From a virus (taxonomy: Duplodnaviria; Heunggongvirae; Uroviricota; Caudoviricetes), in IMG/VR virus record IMGVR_UViG_3300046820_000635: DNA of 28,687 bases, one strand, 5' to 3'. Shown one piece after another: positions 8,349 through 15,836 of the stretch; position 1 is the stretch's first letter; each line of letters starts with the position of its first letter. The notes under the pieces were generated by a model. It searched no databases and had not been told where the DNA came from. It worked only from the letters and a program-made list of their open reading frames with translations. The translations under genes and the position numbers were made by a program.

Positions 8349-8753
8349 ATGGATATTGTACAGCTAGATGTACCGCTTTTTATTAGGCTTTTAGAACTAG
8401 CCCGCGAAGACATTAAACAAGATGCAGATATACACGATCTTGCGCAGAGAGTTATTGAGCTCAGCAAGAATGGTCCTGTAGACATGGCCAGCTACGATGA
8501 TCTAGTAGGATTTATGAACAAGCAGGGTAAGTCATCAATGAAAGATGAAGATTTTTATAATGATGATATTCGTAGATTCCGACAGATTGTTGATCTAGCA
8601 GACAAAGGTGAATACACCGAATACACAAATACTCCTAAAGAAGAGTATGCAGGTATTGAAAGTGTAACTACAGCAGCCGGTGGCGGCCCAAACGAGCCTA
8701 AACATGTAGATGATATTAGAGGCAGCAGTTTTAGAATACACGGGAGAAACTAA
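8349..8753 (+). CDS. Conserved phage hypothetical protein ([21 protein letters not shown]...), 134 aa
   Basis: GGAG SD at 8337-8340; start re-called at ATG 8349 so that it does not overlap hemA. Confidence 0.8.
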   Translation: MDIVQLDVPLFIRLLELAREDIKQDADIHDLAQRVIELSKNGPVDMASYDDLVGFMNKQGKSSMKDEDFYNDDIRRFRQIVDLADKGEYTEYTNTPKEEYAGIESVTTAAGGGPNEPKHVDDIRGSSFRIHGRN

Positions 8754-8959
8754 TGTCAGCTAACGGAATCTCAACACTAGCAACTAAAGAACTTAGACAA
8801 AAAGCCAAACTTGATTTAGCAGCAGCTGATCGTACAGCAGACGGAAATGCTAGACCTAACTATGATATTACGCAACTGCCAACTCAATACGACGACAACA
8901 GTCTAATAGATAATCCTAACTCGGGCGGATTGGTTTCCGGCCGTCCTTGGACAGCTTAA
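8753..8959 (+). CDS. Small hypothetical protein, possibly virion-associated (68 aa)
   Basis: TAATG coupling with the upstream gene; ends GLVSGRPW. Confidence 0.75.
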   Translation: MSANGISTLATKELRQKAKLDLAAADRTADGNARPNYDITQLPTQYDDNSLIDNPNSGGLVSGRPWTA

Positions 8960-8961
8960 TA

Positions 8962-10326
8962 ATGGCACAACAGTTAAACGCAGACGGCTCCCCGTATGAT
9001 CCACGACAGACTACCTCCGTCGGTGTTTCTGGGAATAACAGTACTAACTACGAGCATCCACAAGAAACTAATCTGCTGAACTTGCACAAGGCCATGGAGT
9101 ACAATGCTCTTGGTGAGCCACAACTTAGAGTCAAAACCAATCTCTACGAAAACTCCACAACCAGTAAACTGCGTCTCAAGATCAGCGACTACGAAACTGT
9201 GTTCTTCAATACCTTCCAATATGGCAAAGAAACTGACATCTGGGACGAACACACAGCCAACGGAGCATCCAGCACTTTTATGCCCAATATAAGTGCTGTG
9301 CAGATGACAGTCACCGGTCAAGTGGGCAGTGAGATCATTAGACAAACTCGCAATGCACAGAGATATATTCCCGGGCGTGAATCGGAACTGAGTTTTGCTG
9401 TGAACTTTGGCAATCACACCGCCGGTATACGACAGCGTATTGGTCTGTTTGATGAGCGTGATGGATTTTTCTTTGAACACGGTGCGGATGATGTCCTATA
9501 CTTTGTGATTAGATCTAGCACCACAGGATCACCGGTGGAAACTCGCGTGGCCCAGAGTCTGTGGAATGGTGATAGACTGGACGGCACTGGAGTCAGCGGC
9601 ATCACCCTAGATCTAACCAAACAACAGTTAATGGTCATAACCTACGAGTGGTACGGTGCCGGAGATGTAGAACTGGCCTTTGTTATCAACGGTGTCCGAA
9701 CCATTGCCCACACCTTTCGTAACAGCAACCTGCTTGCATCAGTATGGTGCACCACACCGTTCTTGCCCATTAGACTAGAGTTTACCAATGTTACAGGAGT
9801 TGCAGGCACACACACATTCAATCAAGGTAGCAACAGTCTAATCACAGAAGGCACCGCGGGCAAGTTGGGTATTGCACAGAACATCTCCACTCCCATCACA
9901 GGTAGAAGTGCGGGCTCGGCCAATACATTTATTCCTGCACTGAGTATTAGATTGAAAAGCACCAGCCTCAAAGGCATTGTGTTGCCCGCATTCTTTCAAG
10001 CAGCCACCCTGGACAACACCAATGTGCATTATCGGTTAGTGCGCAATGCCACACTCACAGGAGCCAGTTGGACAGATATGCCCGATGCTAACAGTTTCAC
10101 ACAGTATGATGTGTCTGCCACTGCATTATCGGGCGGCACTGATTTAGACAGCGGATTTGTGTCCAGCGGTGCACAGGGTCTAAAGATCACGTTAGACCAA
10201 AACACAGTGTATCAAATAGGCCGAGGCAGTATGGGCACAGTCAGCGACACACTAACATTGGCCATTGCCACTACCGTTGGTAATAAGAGCGTGGTTGGGT
10301 CAATGACCTGGATCGAACAGAGGTAA
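8962..10326 (+). CDS. Putative virion structural protein, beta-rich and Thr/Gly/Ser-rich (454 aa)
   Basis: Long ORF in a TAAATA-driven unit with a composition typical of beta-sandwich structural proteins; ATG 8962 follows the previous stop. Confidence 0.7.
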   Translation: MAQQLNADGSPYDPRQTTSVGVSGNNSTNYEHPQETNLLNLHKAMEYNALGEPQLRVKTNLYENSTTSKLRLKISDYETVFFNTFQYGKETDIWDEHTANGASSTFMPNISAVQMTVTGQVGSEIIRQTRNAQRYIPGRESELSFAVNFGNHTAGIRQRIGLFDERDGFFFEHGADDVLYFVIRSSTTGSPVETRVAQSLWNGDRLDGTGVSGITLDLTKQQLMVITYEWYGAGDVELAFVINGVRTIAHTFRNSNLLASVWCTTPFLPIRLEFTNVTGVAGTHTFNQGSNSLITEGTAGKLGIAQNISTPITGRSAGSANTFIPALSIRLKSTSLKGIVLPAFFQAATLDNTNVHYRLVRNATLTGASWTDMPDANSFTQYDVSATALSGGTDLDSGFVSSGAQGLKITLDQNTVYQIGRGSMGTVSDTLTLAIATTVGNKSVVGSMTWIEQR

Positions 10327-10330
10327 GATT

Positions 10331-10732
10331 ATGTATAGAAAATATATCAACATAGTAGAAGCAGCCAATAAGGGCTGTCCCATTGCCACACACGACTTGG
10401 AAGTAAATGTTAAAAATAGACAGGTTGGTATAGATAAACACCACTACGGACCTGCTAATCCAGACGAGCCGGGCGACTACTGGAAGGTAGCAGCCCGTCA
10501 ATGGGGCATTGATGAAAAGACTGCCAAGACTATGACCTGTGGTAACTGTTCTGCCTTTAACATCACGGACGAAATGTATAAGTGTATACATGATGGTATG
10601 GGAGAAGAAGCATATCAAGCGGAAAAGACTCGTGAAGCCGCTGACTTAGGTTACTGCAATCTATTGCATTTTAAATGTGCAGGCACACGTTCATGCGAAC
10701 TGTGGGTCACTGGCGGACCTATTGTAAAGTAA
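10331..10732 (+). CDS. Cys-rich protein with HiPIP-like cysteine spacing (133 aa)
   Basis: CGNCSAF ... GYC-x12-CELW resembles the HiPIP pattern CxNCxxF...GxC-x13-CxxW. The ORF is solid; the function is inferred. Confidence 0.6.
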   Translation: MYRKYINIVEAANKGCPIATHDLEVNVKNRQVGIDKHHYGPANPDEPGDYWKVAARQWGIDEKTAKTMTCGNCSAFNITDEMYKCIHDGMGEEAYQAEKTREAADLGYCNLLHFKCAGTRSCELWVTGGPIVK

Positions 10733-10742
10733 GGAGCAAACT

Positions 10743-10901
10743 ATGGATCAAGATGATAAAACATATCAAAGATTAAAACCTAAATGTCAGTGTTGGTGTA
10801 CAGGACACTGCGGATCAAGCTGTATGACAGATGACTGCGACTGCAACGAATGCAGTTGTTCCGATTGTTTAGATAAAAATGTCCAACGTGATCATAACTG
10901 A
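10743..10901 (+). CDS. Metallothionein-like peptide, 52 aa, 10 Cys (absent from the ORF track)
   Basis: Translation by hand gives MDQDDKTYQRLKPKCQCWCTGHCGSSCMTDDCDCNECSCSDCLDKNVQRDHN. AAGGAG SD at 10731-10736, 6 nt before the ATG. Confidence 0.8.
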   Translation: MDQDDKTYQRLKPKCQCWCTGHCGSSCMTDDCDCNECSCSDCLDKNVQRDHN

Positions 10902-11520
10902 CAGTAAGTTTGACGCCAACGGCTATTGGGACAAACCTGTAGAAAAAATAGTTTATCTGCCTACAGCAGAAGACGTTGCTCTATTTGATCAAAATGGCTA
11001 CGATCTAACTGATTTAGAAAAGCATTATGCCTATAGCAACTGGAACAAGCCCAAGAAACATAGAGAACATCGTACAGCGCTTAAACAGTCTTGGTTCGTA
11101 CAAGACTACACTGTAGAAGGTGCTGTTCTTAATCACAGTCTACTATTTGAACGTAAAGGGTACACAGGTGCTGCACTAGAAGAACTGCAATACTGGGCAC
11201 GATCTTTACCTTTAATACATAAAGTTATTGCACTTCGCCCTAAATGGGGATTGGACTTTAGCATGGACTGGGCCGATACCAACGGCAATGCTTTTGAAGT
11301 CCTACATTGGGAGTGGGATAGTTTCAACTACGAAGAAATATGCGCAGTTAAAGAAACTATTGAACCTATCTTGTTAGCTATGGATTGGCAGGATGCAGGA
11401 CAGAATATCCTGGCTAAGAAAGATCAATGGTACCATCTAGACTTCTTTGGACAGAGCCGATGGAAATGTGAATACTTTGGTATTCCAGAAGAAAGATTTA
11501 AAATGGTTGCTTGGAAATAA
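10879..11520 (+). CDS. Conserved phage hypothetical protein (213 aa)
   Basis: ORF track; globular, aromatic-rich sequence (FDQNGYDLT, WGLDFSMDW). The exact start is uncertain. Confidence 0.8.
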   Translation: MSNVIITDSKFDANGYWDKPVEKIVYLPTAEDVALFDQNGYDLTDLEKHYAYSNWNKPKKHREHRTALKQSWFVQDYTVEGAVLNHSLLFERKGYTGAALEELQYWARSLPLIHKVIALRPKWGLDFSMDWADTNGNAFEVLHWEWDSFNYEEICAVKETIEPILLAMDWQDAGQNILAKKDQWYHLDFFGQSRWKCEYFGIPEERFKMVAWK

Positions 11521-11523
11521 ATA
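11518..11523 (+). promoter_or_regulatory. TAAATA box 5 nt before the SNase ATG
   Basis: TAAATA-cacat-ATG, with no SD. Confidence 0.7.
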
Positions 11524-11528
11524 CACAT

Positions 11529-11963
11529 ATGAAAAAACTATTACTATTATTACTGGCAATACCTGCAATGGCATTTGCACAGAAAACACCTCAGGGCGTT
11601 ACTTATGATGCACAGATTTTAAAAGTCAGTGACGGCGACACAGTTGTGATTGCAGCACCTTTTCTACCTGCTCCGCTCAAGCCACAACTTGCTGTTAGAA
11701 TCTTCGGAGTTGATACTCCGGAAAAAGGATTTAGAGCCAAATGTGAAAGTGAAAATCAAAGAGGTCTTGCAGCCAGCGAGTTCACTAAAAATGCAGTTAA
11801 AGCTAGTACACAACGACAGGTCATCTTATATGATTGGGATAAGTTCGGTGGCCGCGTGTTGGGAGATATCATTTTAAATGGTCAAAGTCTTAGAGCTATG
11901 TTGATAGCTAACGGATTTGCTCGTGAGTATTACGGAGAAGCAAAAGGTAGCTGGTGTAACTAA
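11529..11963 (+). CDS. Secreted thermonuclease (SNase/micrococcal nuclease family)
   Basis: Signal peptide MKKLLLLLLAIPAMAFA; DGDT, VRIFGVDTPE, DKFGGRVLG motifs. Confidence 0.88.
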   Translation: MKKLLLLLLAIPAMAFAQKTPQGVTYDAQILKVSDGDTVVIAAPFLPAPLKPQLAVRIFGVDTPEKGFRAKCESENQRGLAASEFTKNAVKASTQRQVILYDWDKFGGRVLGDIILNGQSLRAMLIANGFAREYYGEAKGSWCN

Positions 11964-11964
11964 A

Positions 11965-12843
11965 ATGAATATTGTAGTATCTCAAGTATTTGCGCAACTA
12001 TGCGAAGGGCTGATTTCCGAAGCCAGTTCTTCGTTGTCTTTGGTAAAAACTATTCCCGGTGGCAAAGAAGTTATAAAGTATTTGCATACTAACAGCGATC
12101 TATCACATGATCAAGAATATCGTCCAATAATGAAGATTCAATGGAGCGAGTTAAAAGATGAGCGTTATGGTTCTTGGGTCATTATACAAGGTGACAGAGG
12201 TATAGGTGCTATTAGATCAAAGAATGGTTCTTATACTGCAATCGCAAGTACGGGCGGAGATGTACAGACTTTTAGAAATGATCGAGGTGGAAACATTATA
12301 GATTTTCTTAAAGGACAGGTCGGCCAGCTTCGTAAGTTTTATGTTGGCCCCGACAAAAACAGTGCTGCATTACTTAAGAAAGCAAGAGCCAAACAGCAAC
12401 AATCTCCTACAGCTCCTATAATCGATCAAGATTCGCTAGTTAGAAAGTTTAAACCGTTATGGTTAAAAGCAGTTCGTGCGGCACAGGCCGATATTAAAGG
12501 TATGGTTGCTAACATGATTAAGAATGATGCGTTTGATAAAGCCAAGCGTAAACTTAACATGTTAGAAGAACTAGAAGGCATTGCCAGTTCAATCGAAAGT
12601 GGCGACAATATAGACAACTATGCTCCTATTGTTCGTGCCGTAGGTAATGCACTTACACTGGCAGCAGGATATCACTATCCAGAACAGACAGGTGAAATAT
12701 CAAGAGGACGTTATGGTGACAATCATCTTACTTCAACAAATGGAGAGGGTCGTCGCTTGCTAATAAAAGATATTTCAAATGGAGATCAAGCAAAACTCAG
12801 CAGTGTTTTAGCTTTCTTTAAGAGGAACTTGATCACAGGATGA
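11965..12843 (+). CDS. Hypothetical protein, possibly virion-internal (292 aa)
   Basis: Start re-called at ATG 11965, just after the SNase stop; ATGA overlap with the next gene. Confidence 0.75.
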   Translation: MNIVVSQVFAQLCEGLISEASSSLSLVKTIPGGKEVIKYLHTNSDLSHDQEYRPIMKIQWSELKDERYGSWVIIQGDRGIGAIRSKNGSYTAIASTGGDVQTFRNDRGGNIIDFLKGQVGQLRKFYVGPDKNSAALLKKARAKQQQSPTAPIIDQDSLVRKFKPLWLKAVRAAQADIKGMVANMIKNDAFDKAKRKLNMLEELEGIASSIESGDNIDNYAPIVRAVGNALTLAAGYHYPEQTGEISRGRYGDNHLTSTNGEGRRLLIKDISNGDQAKLSSVLAFFKRNLITG

Positions 12844-14033
12844 AACTCAAACAACTAATAGTAGAAGCCAATGTAGCTTCAAAGGTCTTGAAAGACCCTA
12901 AGATGACTAAGATGTTAGCCATCGCATTTAGACATGACAATACATTACCCAAGTCTGCGATTGCTAAGTTAGGTCCACGCCCAACTGATCAAGAAGCTGT
13001 TACACTCTGGAGTGAGTTAATAGACGGTGTATTGAGTAATAACACCTATGGCGATCTCAGCAGAGATGGTAAGTTCGACGACTGGCTATTAAGACAGTAT
13101 GTCAACGGTATTGCAGACTATGAAGATATCAGCGGAGAAGGTGGAGATGCACTAGGTGCATGGAAAGCTCTAAGCACCCGCGGCAAACTAAAGCCTGCTG
13201 ATCAAGACTTTAATAAGTTTAAGAGCATAAAACAGTTGCAGCGTATTCGAAACGATAGACAGTATCGTCAAGAACTAGACCGTATCAAGGATCAAGAACA
13301 CATTGAAAGAATGAAACGTGAAGCCAAAGAAGTTGTTATTATTGACAACGACCGCTTCCGTGTTATTGTTCCTTTGAACTACGGTAGCTGCTATTCTACA
13401 GACAAGTCCGGCGGATACATTCCTAACTTCTGTACAGGATCTAGCAGTGGAGCGCAATGGTTTGGTCGTTATGCACCAGACGGTATGATCGTTAACGTTG
13501 TTGATAAGTCAAACATTGAAGATGTTGACGGTAAGTGGCAGTTCCATGCTGCAACCAATCAGCTTGTTCGTGGTGACCAAGAACGTAGACACGACATTCC
13601 CTATAACGATAGACGCTTTGCTGAGTTGTTCCCGGGCCTTATGAAAGATATCATTTCCGGAATACAGGCCAAAGGCGAAGAGATCAAAAGCGGTTCGACG
13701 GAGATTGTTCCGGGCGGATACGACATTGCCAAAGAGATTGATCTGATCAAAGGCAAGTATCCTTTATCAGTTGCATCCGGTGAAAAGGATGAAGATCCTG
13801 AACAGCAAGACGAGCCACAACAAGAGCCAGAGCAGGACCAGCCACAACAGCAAGACGAGCCACAACAAGAGCCAGAGCAGGAACAACCTGCAATGAGAAC
13901 TTTTAATGTAACTCAACTTGCTAGCGGCAGATCCGCTCGTATCGAAGCTAGAGACTTAGCACATGTTCAACAGCGTGTATTGCAACGCTACCCCAATTCT
14001 ACAATCGACGATTATACGTGGGAAGAGGTTTAA
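12840..14033 (+). CDS. Hypothetical protein with a Q/E/P repeat linker, possibly virion-internal (397 aa)
   Basis: ORF track; N-terminus MKLKQLIVEA; acidic repeat linker before a short C-terminal domain. Confidence 0.85.
   Translation: MKLKQLIVEANVASKVLKDPKMTKMLAIAFRHDNTLPKSAIAKLGPRPTDQEAVTLWSELIDGVLSNNTYGDLSRDGKFDDWLLRQYVNGIADYEDISGEGGDALGAWKALSTRGKLKPADQDFNKFKSIKQLQRIRNDRQYRQELDRIKDQEHIERMKREAKEVVIIDNDRFRVIVPLNYGSCYSTDKSGGYIPNFCTGSSSGAQWFGRYAPDGMIVNVVDKSNIEDVDGKWQFHAATNQLVRGDQERRHDIPYNDRRFAELFPGLMKDIISGIQAKGEEIKSGSTEIVPGGYDIAKEIDLIKGKYPLSVASGEKDEDPEQQDEPQQEPEQDQPQQQDEPQQEPEQEQPAMRTFNVTQLASGRSARIEARDLAHVQQRVLQRYPNSTIDDYTWEEV
13801..13882 (+). repeat. In-frame tandem duplication: 37-nt exact repeat with 45-nt period (QQDEPQQEPEQ x2)
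   Basis: aacagcaagacgagccacaacaagagccagagcagga occurs at 13801-13837 and 13846-13882. Confidence 0.95.
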
Positions 14034-14036
14034 AGA

Positions 14037-14133
14037 TCACACTACCTTAGGAACGCTTTGCGTTACAAGTGTGGCCCGGCTGCTGGGCAGAGGATTATAG
14101 GAGTCGTGCCCTGGAATGATCCTCTAAGTGAGC
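14037..14133 (+). ncRNA. Candidate structured non-coding RNA (three stem domains); family not identified, strand uncertain
   Basis: CACACU/AGUGUG enclosing an AACGC/GCGUU hairpin; a GCCCGG/CUGGGC hairpin; an AGAGGAUUAU/AUGAUCCUCU stem. GC-richer than typical intergenic DNA here, with no ORF. Confidence 0.55.
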
Positions 14134-14141
14134 ACTAATAC

Positions 14142-14166
14142 AAAAAGCCCCTTTCGGGGCTTTTTT
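14142..14166. terminator. Bidirectional intrinsic terminator
   Basis: AAAAAGCCCC-TTTC-GGGGCTTTTT between convergent transcription units. Confidence 0.92.
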
Positions 14167-14854
14167 ATGACTTGAACAAGTACTTCTTATGTAAATGTAA
14201 TCTTGCTTGATTGTACTGAACAGCAGTGATAACTAACGCTGCGGCCCAAGGTACTACAGCAGCAGCCCAAGATGCTAGTCCTGCCCACCAAGCAACTAAC
14301 AGGGGTTCTTTCATTAACATTAAGAACGCAACAGCAAATAATACAAACGATCCAACAAACACAGTATCTGGCCAACGTTGTAAAATCTTGCTGACTAATG
14401 TAGCACCAAACAGGATGATTGGTACACTGATCAATAGACCGGCAATGATTAGTACAAAGTTTCCATTAGCGGCAGCGGCAATACCTAGTGCGTTATCGAT
14501 CCCCATAACAGCATCAGCAACAACAATAGTACCTATAGCACCCCAGAACGTATCTTTGGCTTCGATATTATGTTCGCCTGAATCAAACACAAGTTTCCAA
14601 CCAATCCACACAAGTGCTGCCGCACCAATAGCACGTAGGCCCGGAATCATTAACAAGTAGGTTAGCGCCGCAACTGATACAAAGCGTATAGCAATGGCAC
14701 CAAAGGTACCCCAGAAGATTGCCTTCTTACGTAAGTGATCCGGTAGTTTATTAGCCGCCATTCCGATAACAAGAGCATTATCACCAGCTAATACAATGTC
14801 TATCAATATGATAGCAAGAAATGCCCAGAGGGCTTGAATCGAAAATAACTCCAT
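14165..14854 (-). CDS. terC: TerC/Alx-family (YjbE-like) membrane protein, probable Mn2+ homeostasis (229 aa)
   Basis: IILIDIVLAGDNALVI and ADAVMGIDNALGIAAAA (the paired TerC metal motifs), multiple TM helices; AAGGAG SD at 14866-14861. Start re-called at ATG 14854. Confidence 0.92.
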   Translation of the reverse strand: MELFSIQALWAFLAIILIDIVLAGDNALVIGMAANKLPDHLRKKAIFWGTFGAIAIRFVSVAALTYLLMIPGLRAIGAAALVWIGWKLVFDSGEHNIEAKDTFWGAIGTIVVADAVMGIDNALGIAAAANGNFVLIIAGLLISVPIILFGATLVSKILQRWPDTVFVGSFVLFAVAFLMLMKEPLLVAWWAGLASWAAAVVPWAAALVITAVQYNQARLHLHKKYLFKS

Positions 14855-14870
14855 GAGAGTCTCCTTAAGA

Positions 14871-14976
14871 ACTGGTCTTGCCAAGGACCTATTCCCCTGA
14901 TACACCGGACACTGTTTGCTCAATGTCGTGTTGACGATGTAAAAGACCTACAGTGTAGGCAGGCTACTCCCCATAA
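14871..14976 (-). ncRNA. yybP-ykoY manganese riboswitch
   Basis: Minus strand reads UAUGGGGAGUAGC-[CCUAC/GUAGG]-UACAUCG-UCAACACG-[ACAUUG/CAGUGU]-CCGGUGUA-...-UUGGCAAGACCA. This contains the GGGGAGUAGC, CGUCAA and GCAAGACC hallmarks and sits directly upstream of a TerC gene. Confidence 0.92.
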
Positions 14977-14978
14977 AA

Positions 14979-14984
14979 TATTTA
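14979..14984 (-). promoter_or_regulatory. TAAATA box immediately 5' of the riboswitch
   Basis: Overlaps the TAA of the HAD gene; the aptamer starts a few nt downstream. Confidence 0.7.
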
Positions 14985-15566
14985 GTTGGTTGTTATGATG
15001 TCGTAAATCTCTTTCCAGTTCTTTGCGATATTATAGTTACAGGCATGATGCATATTATGTCCGTGCTCTACTAGAATACTGCGTAGACCCAATCGATGTC
15101 CTAAATCGGCATTCTCAGGCTTATCCTCAATCCAAAAAAGTCCGCTATCTTCGTACGGTTCGAGGGCATCGTCTTTGTCTGCACCTGTATCCAAACATAT
15201 AACACTTTCGATAGCATTGCCGAACAGTTTGCGTAGATTCATTTTACGTAGTTTGCCTGCATTTACATCTAGGCTAAGACTGGTAATCACACGGAACTGA
15301 TATCCATATTCTTCATGTAGTCGTTTGACATAGTGAACACTATCTCTCAATGCAGGTAAGAAACCAATGGCAGCTGATTCATTAAAAATCTTAACTAGCT
15401 TTTTAATATCGTCTTTGGTAGTACCAAGATAGTGATGATGTAGGCTGTATTGATCTTTGCCCTCATCGTTGAAAATATGACCGTGTTCTAGCATCCATAC
15501 ACGGAATGCCCATTCCCAGTCTAAGAGTACACCGTCTGCGTCTGTGAGTATAAGTTTGTTGCTCAT
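14982..15566 (-). CDS. HAD-superfamily phosphatase, 5'(3')-deoxyribonucleotidase-like
   Basis: Motif I TDADGVLLDW, motif II VITS, motif IV WIEDKPEN. Confidence 0.85.
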   Translation of the reverse strand: MSNKLILTDADGVLLDWEWAFRVWMLEHGHIFNDEGKDQYSLHHHYLGTTKDDIKKLVKIFNESAAIGFLPALRDSVHYVKRLHEEYGYQFRVITSLSLDVNAGKLRKMNLRKLFGNAIESVICLDTGADKDDALEPYEDSGLFWIEDKPENADLGHRLGLRSILVEHGHNMHHACNYNIAKNWKEIYDIITTN

Positions 15567-15793
15567 GTAAAAGCCTTGTAAAGTCCAAATAATCCTATCA
15601 GCAACGAAACAATATTAACTACGGCTTGCGGTTTATTAGATACCCGTACAGCCCATGTTAAAAACAATATAGTACCGATAGCAAATACAACAATATTCCA
15701 TGGGTATGTTGCAGGACCTATGCTGTTAAAGATGTGGCCCAAAATAATGAAACCTGCACCTAGCCACTGTAGTGCGTCGTTAAGTTTTGTCAT
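15563..15793 (-). CDS. Small 3-TM membrane protein (76 aa)
   Basis: Three hydrophobic segments; ATGA coupling to the HAD gene. Confidence 0.75.
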   Translation of the reverse strand: MTKLNDALQWLGAGFIILGHIFNSIGPATYPWNIVVFAIGTILFLTWAVRVSNKPQAVVNIVSLLIGLFGLYKAFT

Positions 15794-15801
15794 AGTTGCT
15801 T

Positions 15802-15830
15802 ATTGTAACATAGATCAAATAAGTTGTAAA
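15802..15830 (-). promoter_or_regulatory. sigma70 promoter TTTACA-17-TACAAT
   Basis: -35 at 15830-15825, -10 at 15807-15802; ATG 8 nt downstream. Confidence 0.7.
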
Positions 15831-15832
15831 TA
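15827..15832 (+). promoter_or_regulatory. TAAATA box 4 nt before the desaturase ATG
   Basis: TAAATA-cttg-ATG, with no SD. Confidence 0.65.
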
Positions 15833-15836
15833 CTTG

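Noticed and set aside
8306-8485. Extended starts of hemA (8485) and ORF 8250
   Set aside because: They would overlap each other head-to-head across the divergent promoter region; the recognisable sequence begins at 8305 and 8349.
13801-13882. CRISPR-like direct repeats
   Set aside because: Only two copies with an 8-nt gap, in frame within a CDS, and no cas genes nearby; the exonuclease is a stand-alone phage PD-(D/E)xK enzyme.
14855-14923. 23-aa N-terminal extension of TerC
   Set aside because: It runs through the riboswitch; the real SD (AAGGAG) precedes ATG 14854.
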